This document shows, piece by piece, positions 1 to 8,781 of a stretch of 51,796 nt of DNA (position 1 is its first letter; each line of letters starts with the position of its first letter). Source of the DNA: a virus (taxonomy: Duplodnaviria > Caudoviricetes); IMG/VR virus record IMGVR_UViG_3300020125_000256, positions 1-51,796 of that record; one strand, written 5' to 3'. Under the pieces are notes generated by a model. The model worked only from the letters and a program-made list of their open reading frames with translations. It was not told where the DNA came from and did not search any database. Both the position numbers and the translations under genes were made by a program.

Positions 1-176
1 ACGGGGGTTTAGGTGAGCAGGGGGATAGCCCGCACCACCCACTGCCGCCCTCCCCCCGGTAGGTGGCTCAAGGCTGCCTATCGCCGGAACCCCAGATTTG
101 ACAAGGACTTCTGTTTATAGAGGGCGGAGATCGGAAGCGTGGTGCGGAAGATATCCGCCGCCCAACCGATGGAGGG

Positions 177-365
177 ATGGAAATGGCAGACGGCGTGTGG
201 TGCGAGGCGTTCAAGTGGCGGCTGTGCGATCAGTGCAACGCCACGCTGGAAGGGGAGTGGTACGAGACAGTGGCCGGCACATACTGCTCTGAGGGTTGTG
301 CTGATGAGGCTGAGTGTCACGATGATGGGTTGATGCCGCGTGGCGTTGACGATTACCTGGACTAG
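177..365 (+). CDS. Small Cys-rich (Zn-finger-like) early protein
   Basis: CxxC...CxxxC pattern; GGAGGG RBS (start 177 or 183). Confidence 0.6.
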   Translation: MEMADGVWCEAFKWRLCDQCNATLEGEWYETVAGTYCSEGCADEAECHDDGLMPRGVDDYLD

Positions 366-380
366 TGGGAGGGATTGGAC

Positions 381-572
381 ATGGACCGTGATTACTGCCC
401 CGAATGCGATCAGTATGTTGTGGCCAGCGTGCTGGCTGAGTATGGCCGCTGCCTTGGGTGTGTGGAGCGGCACGAGCAAGAGGCACGGCGGGAGTATTAC
501 TCTCATGTGCGGGCCGATTGGGTCTGCTCAAGGTGCGACAAGGTGACTGATGATTGCCAGTGTGGTGACTAG
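381..572 (+). CDS. Small Cys-rich early protein
   Basis: Three CxxC plus CxC; GGGAGGGA RBS upstream of ATG 381. Confidence 0.6.
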   Translation: MDRDYCPECDQYVVASVLAEYGRCLGCVERHEQEARREYYSHVRADWVCSRCDKVTDDCQCGD

Positions 573-654
573 CCGGCCTTTGGTGATGCCCCTCGCCCAG
601 AGGGGCGCCGCCAAGGGCCGACTTCCGGCTCTGTTCACTAGGGAGGGATGGATC

Positions 655-918
655 ATGGTACGCAACGTTGTCGTGAACGTGGATTGCTTTCGTCGCCTTG
701 TCCTAAACCCGCAAGGCGGAATGGATTTGGAGTGTTACGTTGAAGGCATCGGTTGGTGTCTTGATAACGATGCCGTTGTCCCAGATGGCGTAATTGAGGG
801 CCACCTTGCCCGAGCTATCGGCTTGCTCATATTGCAGGCAGACAAGCTAGGGATGACACTCAAGCCAATTACATGGAAGGTGGAAGCACGCATGGCATCA
901 CAGCAAAGCGTAGCCTAG
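655..918 (+). CDS. Hypothetical early protein
   Basis: GGGAGGGA RBS before ATG 655; ORF follows an intergenic hairpin. Confidence 0.6.
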   Translation: MVRNVVVNVDCFRRLVLNPQGGMDLECYVEGIGWCLDNDAVVPDGVIEGHLARAIGLLILQADKLGMTLKPITWKVEARMASQQSVA

Positions 919-1005
919 CTGCGACCCGCAGTAACGGGCAGGCTCGCCCTGCCCGATGCTCTGGGCCGGCACTTCGCCAGCTCGCTTTCCTAAGGAGTGG
1001 ATACC

Positions 1006-1275
1006 ATGAGCACCATTTACGGCGGCGGCCGCATTGCAACTGCGGCGGACTTCGAGCAGATCAACGCAACCCGCAGGGCGGCCTACTACCGGGCAAGAGC
1101 CAAGCTAGTTGTGCCAACGGACTTACACTGCGAGCCGCAACCGCGGCGAGTGTATGGGATGCTGCGATGCGATGACAGGGCCATTGAGTGTCATCGCGAC
1201 CGCATTGTGGCCCGCGTGGAAGCGGGCGCCAAGTGGACGCCGGCTTTGATCAGGAGCTATCTACGTGAGGATTAG
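1006..1275 (+). CDS. Hypothetical early protein
   Basis: AAGGAG RBS before ATG 1006. Confidence 0.6.
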   Translation: MSTIYGGGRIATAADFEQINATRRAAYYRARAKLVVPTDLHCEPQPRRVYGMLRCDDRAIECHRDRIVARVEAGAKWTPALIRSYLRED

Positions 1276-1347
1276 TGACTCATTCCCTCCAGCCCGGCCG
1301 CTCGTTGTGGCCGGGCGCTGGAGGGGCTTTTAGGGGAGGGATGAACG

Positions 1348-1551
1348 ATGTATCGCGTATTTACTCGAACCTGGTGGAAAGAAGCGGATCGACCCGGCTG
1401 GCCACACAATCTTGAGCCCTGTCCCGGTCGGAAGACGACGATTCGTAAGAACGTCAAGACGGAGGAAGACGCAAGGGCCATTTGTCGTGCTTACAACGAC
1501 ACGCACAAGCCGGGACGTTATTCCCGCAAGGCCGAATATGAGGAGCAATAA
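1348..1551 (+). CDS. Small phage hypothetical protein
   Basis: GGGGAGGG RBS; compact 67 aa ORF. Confidence 0.65.
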   Translation: MYRVFTRTWWKEADRPGWPHNLEPCPGRKTTIRKNVKTEEDARAICRAYNDTHKPGRYSRKAEYEEQ

Positions 1552-1742
1552 CCCGTGACGCTTGACCTGACAACCATCTGTGCGGTGTTGGTGGTGTTTC
1601 TCTGTTAGATTTGACACCGTCCCCTTATTATGTGAGAAACCCTGGCGGGAATCCAACCAAACCAAACCACCGGCCCCCCTCGTCTCTGCCCGCCAGGTGC
1701 GAATGCAGGGGGGCTCGGTGGGATTCTTAGGAGGGAATTGCA

Positions 1743-1946
1743 ATGCTTCTTTACGATGTGACCTATCCCAATTCCAAGGCATTCGACCGCGATTGCACTT
1801 GGTCCTATTTGGCCCGGGTTGCTCGCGATCCGAAGCTTGTTGGTGCTATTGCCACTTGCACGAATGGCGAACGCTTTCAGCTCACCTTGGCCAATGATGG
1901 CAAATGGTATCGACCCGAAGATTTCCCAACCACAACAAGGAGGTAA
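1743..1946 (+). CDS. Hypothetical early protein
   Basis: AGGAGG RBS; ORF directly upstream of csrA. Confidence 0.6.
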   Translation: MLLYDVTYPNSKAFDRDCTWSYLARVARDPKLVGAIATCTNGERFQLTLANDGKWYRPEDFPTTTRR

Positions 1947-1948
1947 AC

Positions 1949-2143
1949 ATGCTTGTTCTCAATCGCCGCGTGGAAGAACGTATCATCCTCGAACACGCCG
2001 GCGCCCAGATCACCATTACCCTTTGTGCCGCCCACCGGGACCGTGCCCGGATCGGCATTGACGCCCCCGATGATGTACTCATTCGGCGGGAAGAGTTAGG
2101 ACCCTGGTTGCGAGAGGGGGATCACGATGGAAAGCAAGCGTGA
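1949..2143 (+). CDS. csrA: Carbon storage regulator CsrA/RsmA-family RNA-binding protein
   Basis: MLVLNRRVEERIIL...ARIGIDAPDDVLIRREEL matches the CsrA signature MLxLxR..GE.I.I...VRIGIxAP..V.I.R.E; AAGGAGG RBS. Confidence 0.9.
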   Translation: MLVLNRRVEERIILEHAGAQITITLCAAHRDRARIGIDAPDDVLIRREELGPWLREGDHDGKQA

Positions 2144-2516
2144 GTGGATTTATGGGATTTGGTTTGTGCCCGGCGGTGACCAAGACTACCTGGCCACGCT
2201 CAAGAAAACGGACGACGGGCCCTGGACCCTGGATTACCGCTTCCGGTATTACAGCCCGCTCTCCAAAAGCCCACATGACAACCTTGACAGAAAATCCTGT
2301 TATACCGCCCGCATGAAAGACGGATCGCAGGAAAGCCTTGCGAAGTCTCTGGAATGCCAACGGGCCATAATTGCCCACGTTGAAGCACGTTTGGGCGGAC
2401 AGCACGATTTCGTCGATTTGCAGTGTTATGACAATGATCCCAAAATGTTCTTCGAATTGGGATCAAGGGATTGGGCACATATCAGATTGGAGGGAGACCA
2501 TGGACGGACTGCTTGA
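2127..2516 (+). CDS. Hypothetical protein
   Basis: 129 aa ORF with RBS, overlapping the csrA end. Confidence 0.65.
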   Translation: MESKREWIYGIWFVPGGDQDYLATLKKTDDGPWTLDYRFRYYSPLSKSPHDNLDRKSCYTARMKDGSQESLAKSLECQRAIIAHVEARLGGQHDFVDLQCYDNDPKMFFELGSRDWAHIRLEGDHGRTA

Positions 2517-2625
2517 AATCTTGGCCGCCGTGGTGGTCGGCCTAGTTGTCTGGTACACCGCGATCTGCGTTGATGACTGGATGGAAAGGAGAGAACGCCA
2601 TGAAAATCAGAATAATCACGACTAA
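2500..2625 (+). CDS. Small single-pass membrane protein
   Basis: GGAGGGAG RBS; hydrophobic LLEILAAVVVGLVVWYTAICV. Confidence 0.5.
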   Translation: MDGLLEILAAVVVGLVVWYTAICVDDWMERRERHENQNNHD

Positions 2626-2658
2626 ACGTGACCTATTTTTCATCCACGGAGAACGAAC

Positions 2659-2871
2659 ATGAAACATCAAAAAACCCGCAAATGCCTAAAAGCGTATTGG
2701 TTGACTGGACAGAGCGTTTACACCCTGAAAGGGGATACGTTCTCTGCCGTTAGCCAGGATGGAGACAACTGGTATCGCAACGGCACGAACGAACACGAGG
2801 AAAGTCTTGAATTTTGCGAGGCGGACGTTCTGTTGGTCGGTGGCGCAAGAGACGGCATTGTCGTCGGCTAG
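2659..2871 (+). CDS. Hypothetical protein
   Basis: GGAG RBS; 70 aa ORF in operon. Confidence 0.55.
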   Translation: MKHQKTRKCLKAYWLTGQSVYTLKGDTFSAVSQDGDNWYRNGTNEHEESLEFCEADVLLVGGARDGIVVG

Positions 2872-2886
2872 AAAGGAGGAATCCCC

Positions 2887-3090
2887 GTGACCGAGAGAAT
2901 TAACCATCCTCGTGATCCTGAATGGAACATCGAGATTATCGAAGATGCCTGGCGCCAGGTAAACAACGCTTCCGATGACCTTGAACAAGCCGGGATGCTG
3001 GGCAAGGAAACGTCCCAGTTATTCACGAAACTGCTTGTCCAGCTCGACAAGGACATCCTGGGATTCAAGGACGCTAACCGCTACGCTTGA
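2887..3090 (+). CDS. Hypothetical protein
   Basis: AAGGAGG RBS, GTG start. Confidence 0.6.
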   Translation: MTERINHPRDPEWNIEIIEDAWRQVNNASDDLEQAGMLGKETSQLFTKLLVQLDKDILGFKDANRYA

Positions 3091-3103
3091 CCGCTCAAGC
3101 GGT

Positions 3104-3182
3104 GCCCGCCGAGGGGTACAACGCTCCATGCTGGGAACACGTTGCACTTGGCTCTTATGCGGTTCGAATCCGCAGGCGGGCA
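3104..3182 (+). tRNA. tRNA-like RNA with aberrant (enlarged) anticodon arm
   Basis: Acceptor GCCCGCC/GGCGGGC; D-stem GGGG/CTCC; T-arm TGCGG-TTCGAAT-CCGCA; intergenic; no canonical 7-nt anticodon loop; no encoded CCA. Confidence 0.7.
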
Positions 3183-3186
3183 ATTT

Positions 3187-3408
3187 ATGTATGAAGAGCA
3201 AAAATACTGTCCGATTTGTGGCAAAAAGGCTGCCGATGGGGAGTCGCTGGTCGCCGGCCCTGGAATTACAGCGCAACATCGCTGTAGCAAAGACACATTG
3301 CGTCGTATTGATTCGGCTTTATCTCAAGACGGCAGGTCGCCTAGGAAACCTACCGAAAAAGAGAGACTTCAGCTTGGATTCAAAATGCTTGATGGCCGCT
3401 TTTCTTGA
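3187..3408 (+). CDS. Small Zn-ribbon-like protein
   Basis: YCPICGK...HRC motif. Confidence 0.55.
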   Translation: MYEEQKYCPICGKKAADGESLVAGPGITAQHRCSKDTLRRIDSALSQDGRSPRKPTEKERLQLGFKMLDGRFS

Positions 3409-3420
3409 AGGGAGGGACAA

Positions 3421-3789
3421 ATGGCACATACACCTGGACCGTGGCATTGGAAGGGCGAGGATTATCGCGGCGAATGGGGATGGCAACTCCTGGTAGGTCC
3501 GCACGGAGAAGGCATCTTGTGCGGCGAGGAGGATGACCGCCAACCGTATCGCCATTTGCGGGTAGGCATGCCAATCGAGCCAGCCTATTGCAAGACCGGA
3601 TTTGAGGCCGACAAGGAATCCGCGCCGTGTGTGCATGTGCGAATTGATGATGCCCGGCTCATCTCTGCCGCTCCGGAGTTGCTTGCCGCGTGTGAGGATG
3701 TCATTGAAAAAATGGCACCAACCACATGCGAAGCACAATCCGTATTCGACAAATTACACGCCGCCATTAAGAAAGCGAGGGGCCAATGA
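3421..3789 (+). CDS. Phage protein of the HTPGPW...ARLIxAAPELL family
   Basis: N-terminal HTPGPW and C-terminal DARLISAAPELLAAC motifs common in phage early proteins. Confidence 0.75.
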   Translation: MAHTPGPWHWKGEDYRGEWGWQLLVGPHGEGILCGEEDDRQPYRHLRVGMPIEPAYCKTGFEADKESAPCVHVRIDDARLISAAPELLAACEDVIEKMAPTTCEAQSVFDKLHAAIKKARGQ

Positions 3790-4001
3790 TACCTGACATG
3801 ACACTAATCGACTACTTCGCCGGCCAAGCCTTGACGGGCCTGTTATCCCAGACCACGTACACGGAGACCGGCTATCCGTGCCCTAACTGGGAAGGAGACT
3901 CCGAAGATGTAAAGGGCCTTTGCCAAAGAGCCTACCGTATCGCTGAAACCATGCTGGAGGCCAAGAAAATCATCGCCGCCGACAAAAAGGAGAAATCATG
4001 A
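3786..4001 (+). CDS. Conserved small phage protein (DYFAGQAL...AYxIAxxML family)
   Basis: MTLIDYFAGQAL and AYRIAETML motifs; ATGA overlap with the upstream gene. Confidence 0.75.
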   Translation: MIPDMTLIDYFAGQALTGLLSQTTYTETGYPCPNWEGDSEDVKGLCQRAYRIAETMLEAKKIIAADKKEKS

Positions 4002-4264
4002 CCTGTGAAGAGTTCCGCACCCTAGTAAGCCGCTTCCGCACTATCCCCACCGCTGCCGAGGTAATCAGCGTAGTTGTGCACGCTCGCAAATGCCAAACGT
4101 GCAGGGCGTTTGTTATAACGCGGGATAACCTGGCCGAACAAAGCATGACGCCCGAGCAAATCGAAGGCTGTCGTCAATTATCTAACGCTGTCGCTGCCAA
4201 CGCCCTGGCCAGATTGCGGGAAGACCCTGAACTACAAGACATGATGAAAGGAGCCAATAAATGA
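3998..4264 (+). CDS. zf-HC2/ZAS-like zinc-finger protein
   Basis: MTCEEFR...HARKCQTC (N-terminal Cys plus HxxxCxxC). Confidence 0.5.
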   Translation: MTCEEFRTLVSRFRTIPTAAEVISVVVHARKCQTCRAFVITRDNLAEQSMTPEQIEGCRQLSNAVAANALARLREDPELQDMMKGANK

Positions 4265-5022
4265 GCCAGCCTAATCAGCTTGAACGTTCAAGCGGCGTCA
4301 CCAATCCTCTCGTCTTGCTGGAAGCCGCCATCAAGAAAGGCATTAAGCCCGAGGAACTGGGCAAGCTTCTGGACTTGCAAGAGCGATGGGAACGCAATAG
4401 GGCCGCCGAACAATATGCGGGGGCTATCACGCAATTTCAAGCCAAAATGCCAGCCGTCCTTAAAGTCAACCCCGTGAAAAACAAGGCTGGTCAGATAATG
4501 TACCACTTCGCCGACTTCGCGGACGTAATGGACATTGTTCAGCCCATCGCCTCGGAATGTGGGATTGTCATCACCTTTGACACCGAGCCGCAGGAAAAAC
4601 GTCTCAAAGTAACCTGCAATATCCGCGTTGGCACGCACGTTGAACATGCCCATGCCTACGTTTCCGTGCCCAATATCCCCAATGCCAACGATACCCAGCA
4701 AGATGGGGGAGCCATTGCTTTTGGCAAGAGGTACGCTGTTTGTGCTGGCCTGGGCATCCGCATTAAGGGCGAAGATAACGACGCCAGGTTTGACGACCAA
4801 AGCTTGACCGCTCAAGAGACAGAGGAGATAAACTCGCTCATTGAAGCATGCCGTTTGGCGGGTCGCTCGGACGCTGGTATACAACAGTTCTGGGACTGGA
4901 TTTTTAAGGAGACCGACACCACGAAACGCTTGGCCGAGATGCCACGAACCGATTTGGGACGGGCCAAGGTTGCTCTCCAGGAATGGCTCAAGAAGTATGG
5001 CAAGAAAGGGGGTGGCCAATGA
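4261..5022 (+). CDS. ERF-family single-strand annealing recombinase
   Basis: YHFADFADV and QQDGGAIAFGKRYAVCAGLGI..EDND match ERF motifs (GxxxTYxRRY..xxGI..EDxD); adjacent to exonuclease. Confidence 0.85.
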   Translation: MSQPNQLERSSGVTNPLVLLEAAIKKGIKPEELGKLLDLQERWERNRAAEQYAGAITQFQAKMPAVLKVNPVKNKAGQIMYHFADFADVMDIVQPIASECGIVITFDTEPQEKRLKVTCNIRVGTHVEHAHAYVSVPNIPNANDTQQDGGAIAFGKRYAVCAGLGIRIKGEDNDARFDDQSLTAQETEEINSLIEACRLAGRSDAGIQQFWDWIFKETDTTKRLAEMPRTDLGRAKVALQEWLKKYGKKGGGQ

Positions 5023-5657
5023 TCGAATATAACGTCGAGCAGGGTAGCCCCGAGTGGTTCGGCCTGCGCCTGGGCCGCCCCACAGCCAGCGAGTTTAGCC
5101 GCATTCTCACCCCGGCCAAAGCCGATTACTCGGCCCAGGCCGCCGACTACATCGACGAGTTAATCGGCATCAAGCTGAATGCCCTGGACGGCCGCTTCCC
5201 CCCCTGGGTCGAAAAGTATACCTCGCGGGACATGGCCAATGGCGAGGCATTCGAGGCCGAGGCCCGCTTCTGGTATGCCATGGAGACAGGCAACCGCGTT
5301 AGGCAAGTGGGGTTTGTCACCACCGACGACGGGCGCTTTGGCTGTTCGCCTGATGGCCTGATCGACCCGGACGGTGGCCTGGAGCTCAAATGCCCGCACC
5401 CATCAACCCAAATGTACCGGCTGCGCAAGGGAGTCCTGCCCAACGAGTACAAGGGCCAGGTACACGGGGCTTTGGCCATCACGGGCCGGAAATGGTGGGA
5501 CTTCGTTTCCTACTGCCATGGCCTGCCCAAATTCATGGTGCGGGTCGAGCCGGATGACTTCACCGAGAAGCTCAAGGCCGCCCTGGAGAAGTTCTGGACC
5601 GACTACCAGAAGGTTTTAACCCGGTTCGGTCTTGACACGGTCAACGCACAAGTTTAA
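5019..5657 (+). CDS. YqaJ/lambda-exonuclease-family 5'-3' exonuclease
   Basis: QGSPEW..LRLGRPTAS, GCSPDGL, LELKCP, QVHG..W.DFVSY motifs. Confidence 0.92.
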   Translation: MIEYNVEQGSPEWFGLRLGRPTASEFSRILTPAKADYSAQAADYIDELIGIKLNALDGRFPPWVEKYTSRDMANGEAFEAEARFWYAMETGNRVRQVGFVTTDDGRFGCSPDGLIDPDGGLELKCPHPSTQMYRLRKGVLPNEYKGQVHGALAITGRKWWDFVSYCHGLPKFMVRVEPDDFTEKLKAALEKFWTDYQKVLTRFGLDTVNAQV

Positions 5658-5660
5658 TAT
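5632..5660 (+). promoter_or_regulatory. Candidate sigma70 promoter for the ParB-like/helicase operon
   Basis: TTGACA (5632-5637), 17 nt spacer, TAATAT (5655-5660). Confidence 0.5.
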
Positions 5661-5775
5661 CACGTCCCTCGCTTTGACCACCGAACACTTTTTCCGATCT
5701 TGCCCCCCCGGGCCGGCACTTCAAGCAAAGCGAGAGAACCCGGCTCGGGGGCGGCATTTTTAGAGGTACACATCC

Positions 5776-6468
5776 ATGAAGACCAAGCCCATTGCGGTCC
5801 CCGCAAACTGGAAGACGGCAAAGATTCACCCCTTGGCCGAACTGATCGAGTTCGGCAGCAACATCGACCTGGACGCCATGACGGAGCACGCCAAGAAGCA
5901 CGGCTATGACAAGGATGAAGCCCTGGTGTTCTTCGATGGCATGGTTCTGGAAGGCCGGCACCGGCGGGAAATCTGCAAGCGCATTGGCGTTATCCCGCCT
6001 TGCCGGGAGTTTGTGGGCACCAATGCGTTTGCATACGTGGCCAAGAAGATATTCCGCCAGCATTTGACCACGGCAGAGCGGGCCAAGATAGCTGCCAAGC
6101 TGGCCGATATGCCGGTGGGACGCCCGGAATTAAATGTGCCAAATGGCACAATTGATTCCTCGTCGGCAAAGATGACAGCAACGGCTGCAGCAAAGGCCCT
6201 GAACGTCAGCCGGCGCTCCGTGCAAAGGGCCAAAGCTGGCCCGACGCCTCGCAAGCCCAAGCCGAAAACTGGCGGGGCCATCATCGACTGGAAGGACTTC
6301 TACAACCACTTCGGATCCCTCGTGCGTGCCATTGTCAGCGTTGGGAAAGGCTATCAGTGCCAGCACAGCGACGTTGCCACGAACCTTGAGCGTAGGCTGG
6401 CCGCATTCAAAGAGGAGTTCACCAAATGGGTTGAGTTCCACACCAAGGAAAAGGCACCGAGGTACTAA
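5776..6468 (+). CDS. ParB/Srx-like N-terminal domain plus HTH protein
   Basis: IHPLAELI...VLEGRHRREIC resembles the ParB GxxR motif; RQHLT..ERA; AAKALNVSRRSVQRAK HTH. Confidence 0.75.
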   Translation: MKTKPIAVPANWKTAKIHPLAELIEFGSNIDLDAMTEHAKKHGYDKDEALVFFDGMVLEGRHRREICKRIGVIPPCREFVGTNAFAYVAKKIFRQHLTTAERAKIAAKLADMPVGRPELNVPNGTIDSSSAKMTATAAAKALNVSRRSVQRAKAGPTPRKPKPKTGGAIIDWKDFYNHFGSLVRAIVSVGKGYQCQHSDVATNLERRLAAFKEEFTKWVEFHTKEKAPRY

Positions 6469-8009
6469 TGACACCTTGGCCCCACCAAACCCGAGCGGTC
6501 GAGGCCGTGGTTGATGCCACGACCCGCCAGGTTCGCCGTATCCTCGTTACCGCCCCCACCGGGGCCGGCAAGACGCTCATCATGCAAATGTTGGCCAGCC
6601 TCTGGCTGGAACGCGGCGGCAAGGTGGTTCTCTATTCCAACCGCAAGATGATGATCGACCAACTATCGACCGGTTTAACCGACGTGGGTATCTATCATGG
6701 GGTCAGGGCGGCCGGGCACGATGACGAGAGAGAACACGCATTTCAGGTATCGAGCGTGCAGACCGAGCACAGCCGGGTGACGAAGCGGAAGACATGGGAA
6801 CTTCACAAGGCGGATCTCGTTCTTGTTGACGAGGCCCACATCCAGACTGGCAATGCGGCCAAGGAATTGCTGAGGGCACATTATGAACAAGGCGCAACTA
6901 TTGTCGGAGTTACAGCAACGCCTCTCGGACTCGCTGGACTATATGATGCACTTTTGGTTGCTGGCACCATGTCCGAACTGCGGGCATGCGGTGCCTTGGT
7001 GCCAGCTATCCATTATGGAGCCGACGAACCCGACATGCGAGCCTTCAAGAAACTCCGCGAAGGCGAAGACCCCAGCCAAAGCGAACAGAAAAAAGCCATC
7101 ATGACCCCGAGCATCTTCGGGCGGGTCTGGGAATGGTACGAGAAGCTTAATCCCGAGAGGAAGCCGTGTGTATTGTTCGGGCCGGGGGTTGATGAAAGCC
7201 TGTGGTTTGCCGAGCAGTTCCAAGCCAAGGGTATAAACGCAGCCCATATCGACGGCAACGACGTGTGGCTCTGCGGTCATTGGTATCGTTCGGACACGGA
7301 AGCCCGAGATCGCGTGCGGCACATGCACCAAATAGGGGAACTCAAGGTAGTCTGCAACCGCTACGTCCTCCGCGAAGGCGTGGACTGGCCCTGGATCGAG
7401 CACATTATCCTTGCGTTCGTCGCCGGCTCCCTTCAGACTTACATCCAGACCTGCGGGCGTGGCCTGCGGGCGTATCCGGGCAAATCGCACCTCATTATCC
7501 AGGATCACGGCGGGGCCTGGTGGCGGCATGGTTCAATCAACATGGACCGGGAATGGAATCTGGAACTCACCGGCGAGATCGCTTATGGACTTCGGGCCGA
7601 GCGGCTGCGGAAGAAGAAGCAAACCGAGCCGTTCCGCTGTCCCAAGTGCGGCCGAGTGTGGGGGATTGGGACCAAATGCCAACCGGCACATGGAGGCTGC
7701 GGGTTTGAACTTGGCCTGGGAAGGCGCTCGCGGCCGGTTGTGTCCACCGATGGGCAGCTCAAGGAGATGGTCGGGGACATCTTCAAGCCGCGGCGGATCA
7801 GCAAAGACCCGCGAGGGCCGGATATTTGGGAGAAGATGTACTGGCGATCCAGGAAAGGCAAAGGTACGCGGACCTTCCGGGCGGCTTGTGCCCTGTTTGC
7901 CATAGAAAACAACTGGTCGTGGCCGTCTCCGGACTGGCGGTTCATGCCGGTCGATGAGATGGACTTTTTCAAACTAGTGTCTGATGTTCCAATGGAAAGA
8001 CTCAAGTAA
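6468..8009 (+). CDS. Superfamily 2 DEAH helicase with C-terminal Zn finger
   Basis: Walker A APTGAGKT; DEAH; TAT; QTCGRGLR; CPKC...C. Confidence 0.93.
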   Translation: MTPWPHQTRAVEAVVDATTRQVRRILVTAPTGAGKTLIMQMLASLWLERGGKVVLYSNRKMMIDQLSTGLTDVGIYHGVRAAGHDDEREHAFQVSSVQTEHSRVTKRKTWELHKADLVLVDEAHIQTGNAAKELLRAHYEQGATIVGVTATPLGLAGLYDALLVAGTMSELRACGALVPAIHYGADEPDMRAFKKLREGEDPSQSEQKKAIMTPSIFGRVWEWYEKLNPERKPCVLFGPGVDESLWFAEQFQAKGINAAHIDGNDVWLCGHWYRSDTEARDRVRHMHQIGELKVVCNRYVLREGVDWPWIEHIILAFVAGSLQTYIQTCGRGLRAYPGKSHLIIQDHGGAWWRHGSINMDREWNLELTGEIAYGLRAERLRKKKQTEPFRCPKCGRVWGIGTKCQPAHGGCGFELGLGRRSRPVVSTDGQLKEMVGDIFKPRRISKDPRGPDIWEKMYWRSRKGKGTRTFRAACALFAIENNWSWPSPDWRFMPVDEMDFFKLVSDVPMERLK

Positions 8010-8022
8010 AAGGAGAATGCAC

Positions 8023-8286
8023 ATGGCCAAGGCAAAACAGGCACACCTGGAAGGCATGGAGCCACCGACCATTGCAGAGGTCGAGGCCGCCGCCGAGAAG
8101 TATTACGACCTGAACGACAAGAGTTGGAAGCTCCGGGAGAAGGTATCCGACGCCAAGGACGAACTCCTGGAGGTCATGAAGGCCAACGACCTAACCGTTT
8201 ACCGGTACGATGACAAGGAGATCACCGTCGTGGACAAGGAGACGGTCAAGGTGAAGCGGCTCCGTGAGAACAATGGGGATGATTGA
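8023..8286 (+). CDS. Hypothetical protein
   Basis: AAGGAG RBS; charged helical 87 aa ORF. Confidence 0.65.
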   Translation: MAKAKQAHLEGMEPPTIAEVEAAAEKYYDLNDKSWKLREKVSDAKDELLEVMKANDLTVYRYDDKEITVVDKETVKVKRLRENNGDD

Positions 8287-8300
8287 AAGGATGGTCAAGG

Positions 8301-8525
8301 ATGACTCGGGAAGAATGTATCCAGAAGTTCCACCACACCCTCTGGGGTATCATGCTGGAAATGGGCCGCTTTCGGGGAGATTGTGCCGCCCGCTCTCTCC
8401 TGGAAGACCAGCTGATGCGGAAGATAGACACGATTATCGGCCTCATATGGTCGGAGTTTAACAAGGTGGCCCATGAAAATAATCGACCCCGCAGCCCTGA
8501 AAACCCCACGAAGCCCGCTGTGTGA
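8301..8525 (+). CDS. Hypothetical protein
   Basis: ORF filling the operon gap; overlaps next gene by ~50 nt. Confidence 0.4.
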   Translation: MTREECIQKFHHTLWGIMLEMGRFRGDCAARSLLEDQLMRKIDTIIGLIWSEFNKVAHENNRPRSPENPTKPAV

Positions 8526-8781
8526 GTGGTGCGGCATCTATACCCGCCGCGAGACCGAGCGGCACCATATCGTCAGCCGGGGCATGGGGGGAGGCAACCG
8601 CCTTGACATCCCGGAGAACCTGATTGACCTCGGAGGGGCCTTTGATTGTGATTGCCACGGCAAGGCCCAGCGGGGGGAAATTAAACAGGTTGAACTCTGG
8701 GTCAAGGTCGGCAACCGCCTGGGGAAGAACTGGCGAGCGTGCAAGTCGAAGGTTTACCGGTTATTGAGGAAACCCAAATGA
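8473..8781 (+). CDS. HNH-like endonuclease
   Basis: CEWCG...ERHHIVSRGMGGG...ENLI.L...CDCH. Confidence 0.75.
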   Translation: MKIIDPAALKTPRSPLCEWCGIYTRRETERHHIVSRGMGGGNRLDIPENLIDLGGAFDCDCHGKAQRGEIKQVELWVKVGNRLGKNWRACKSKVYRLLRKPK

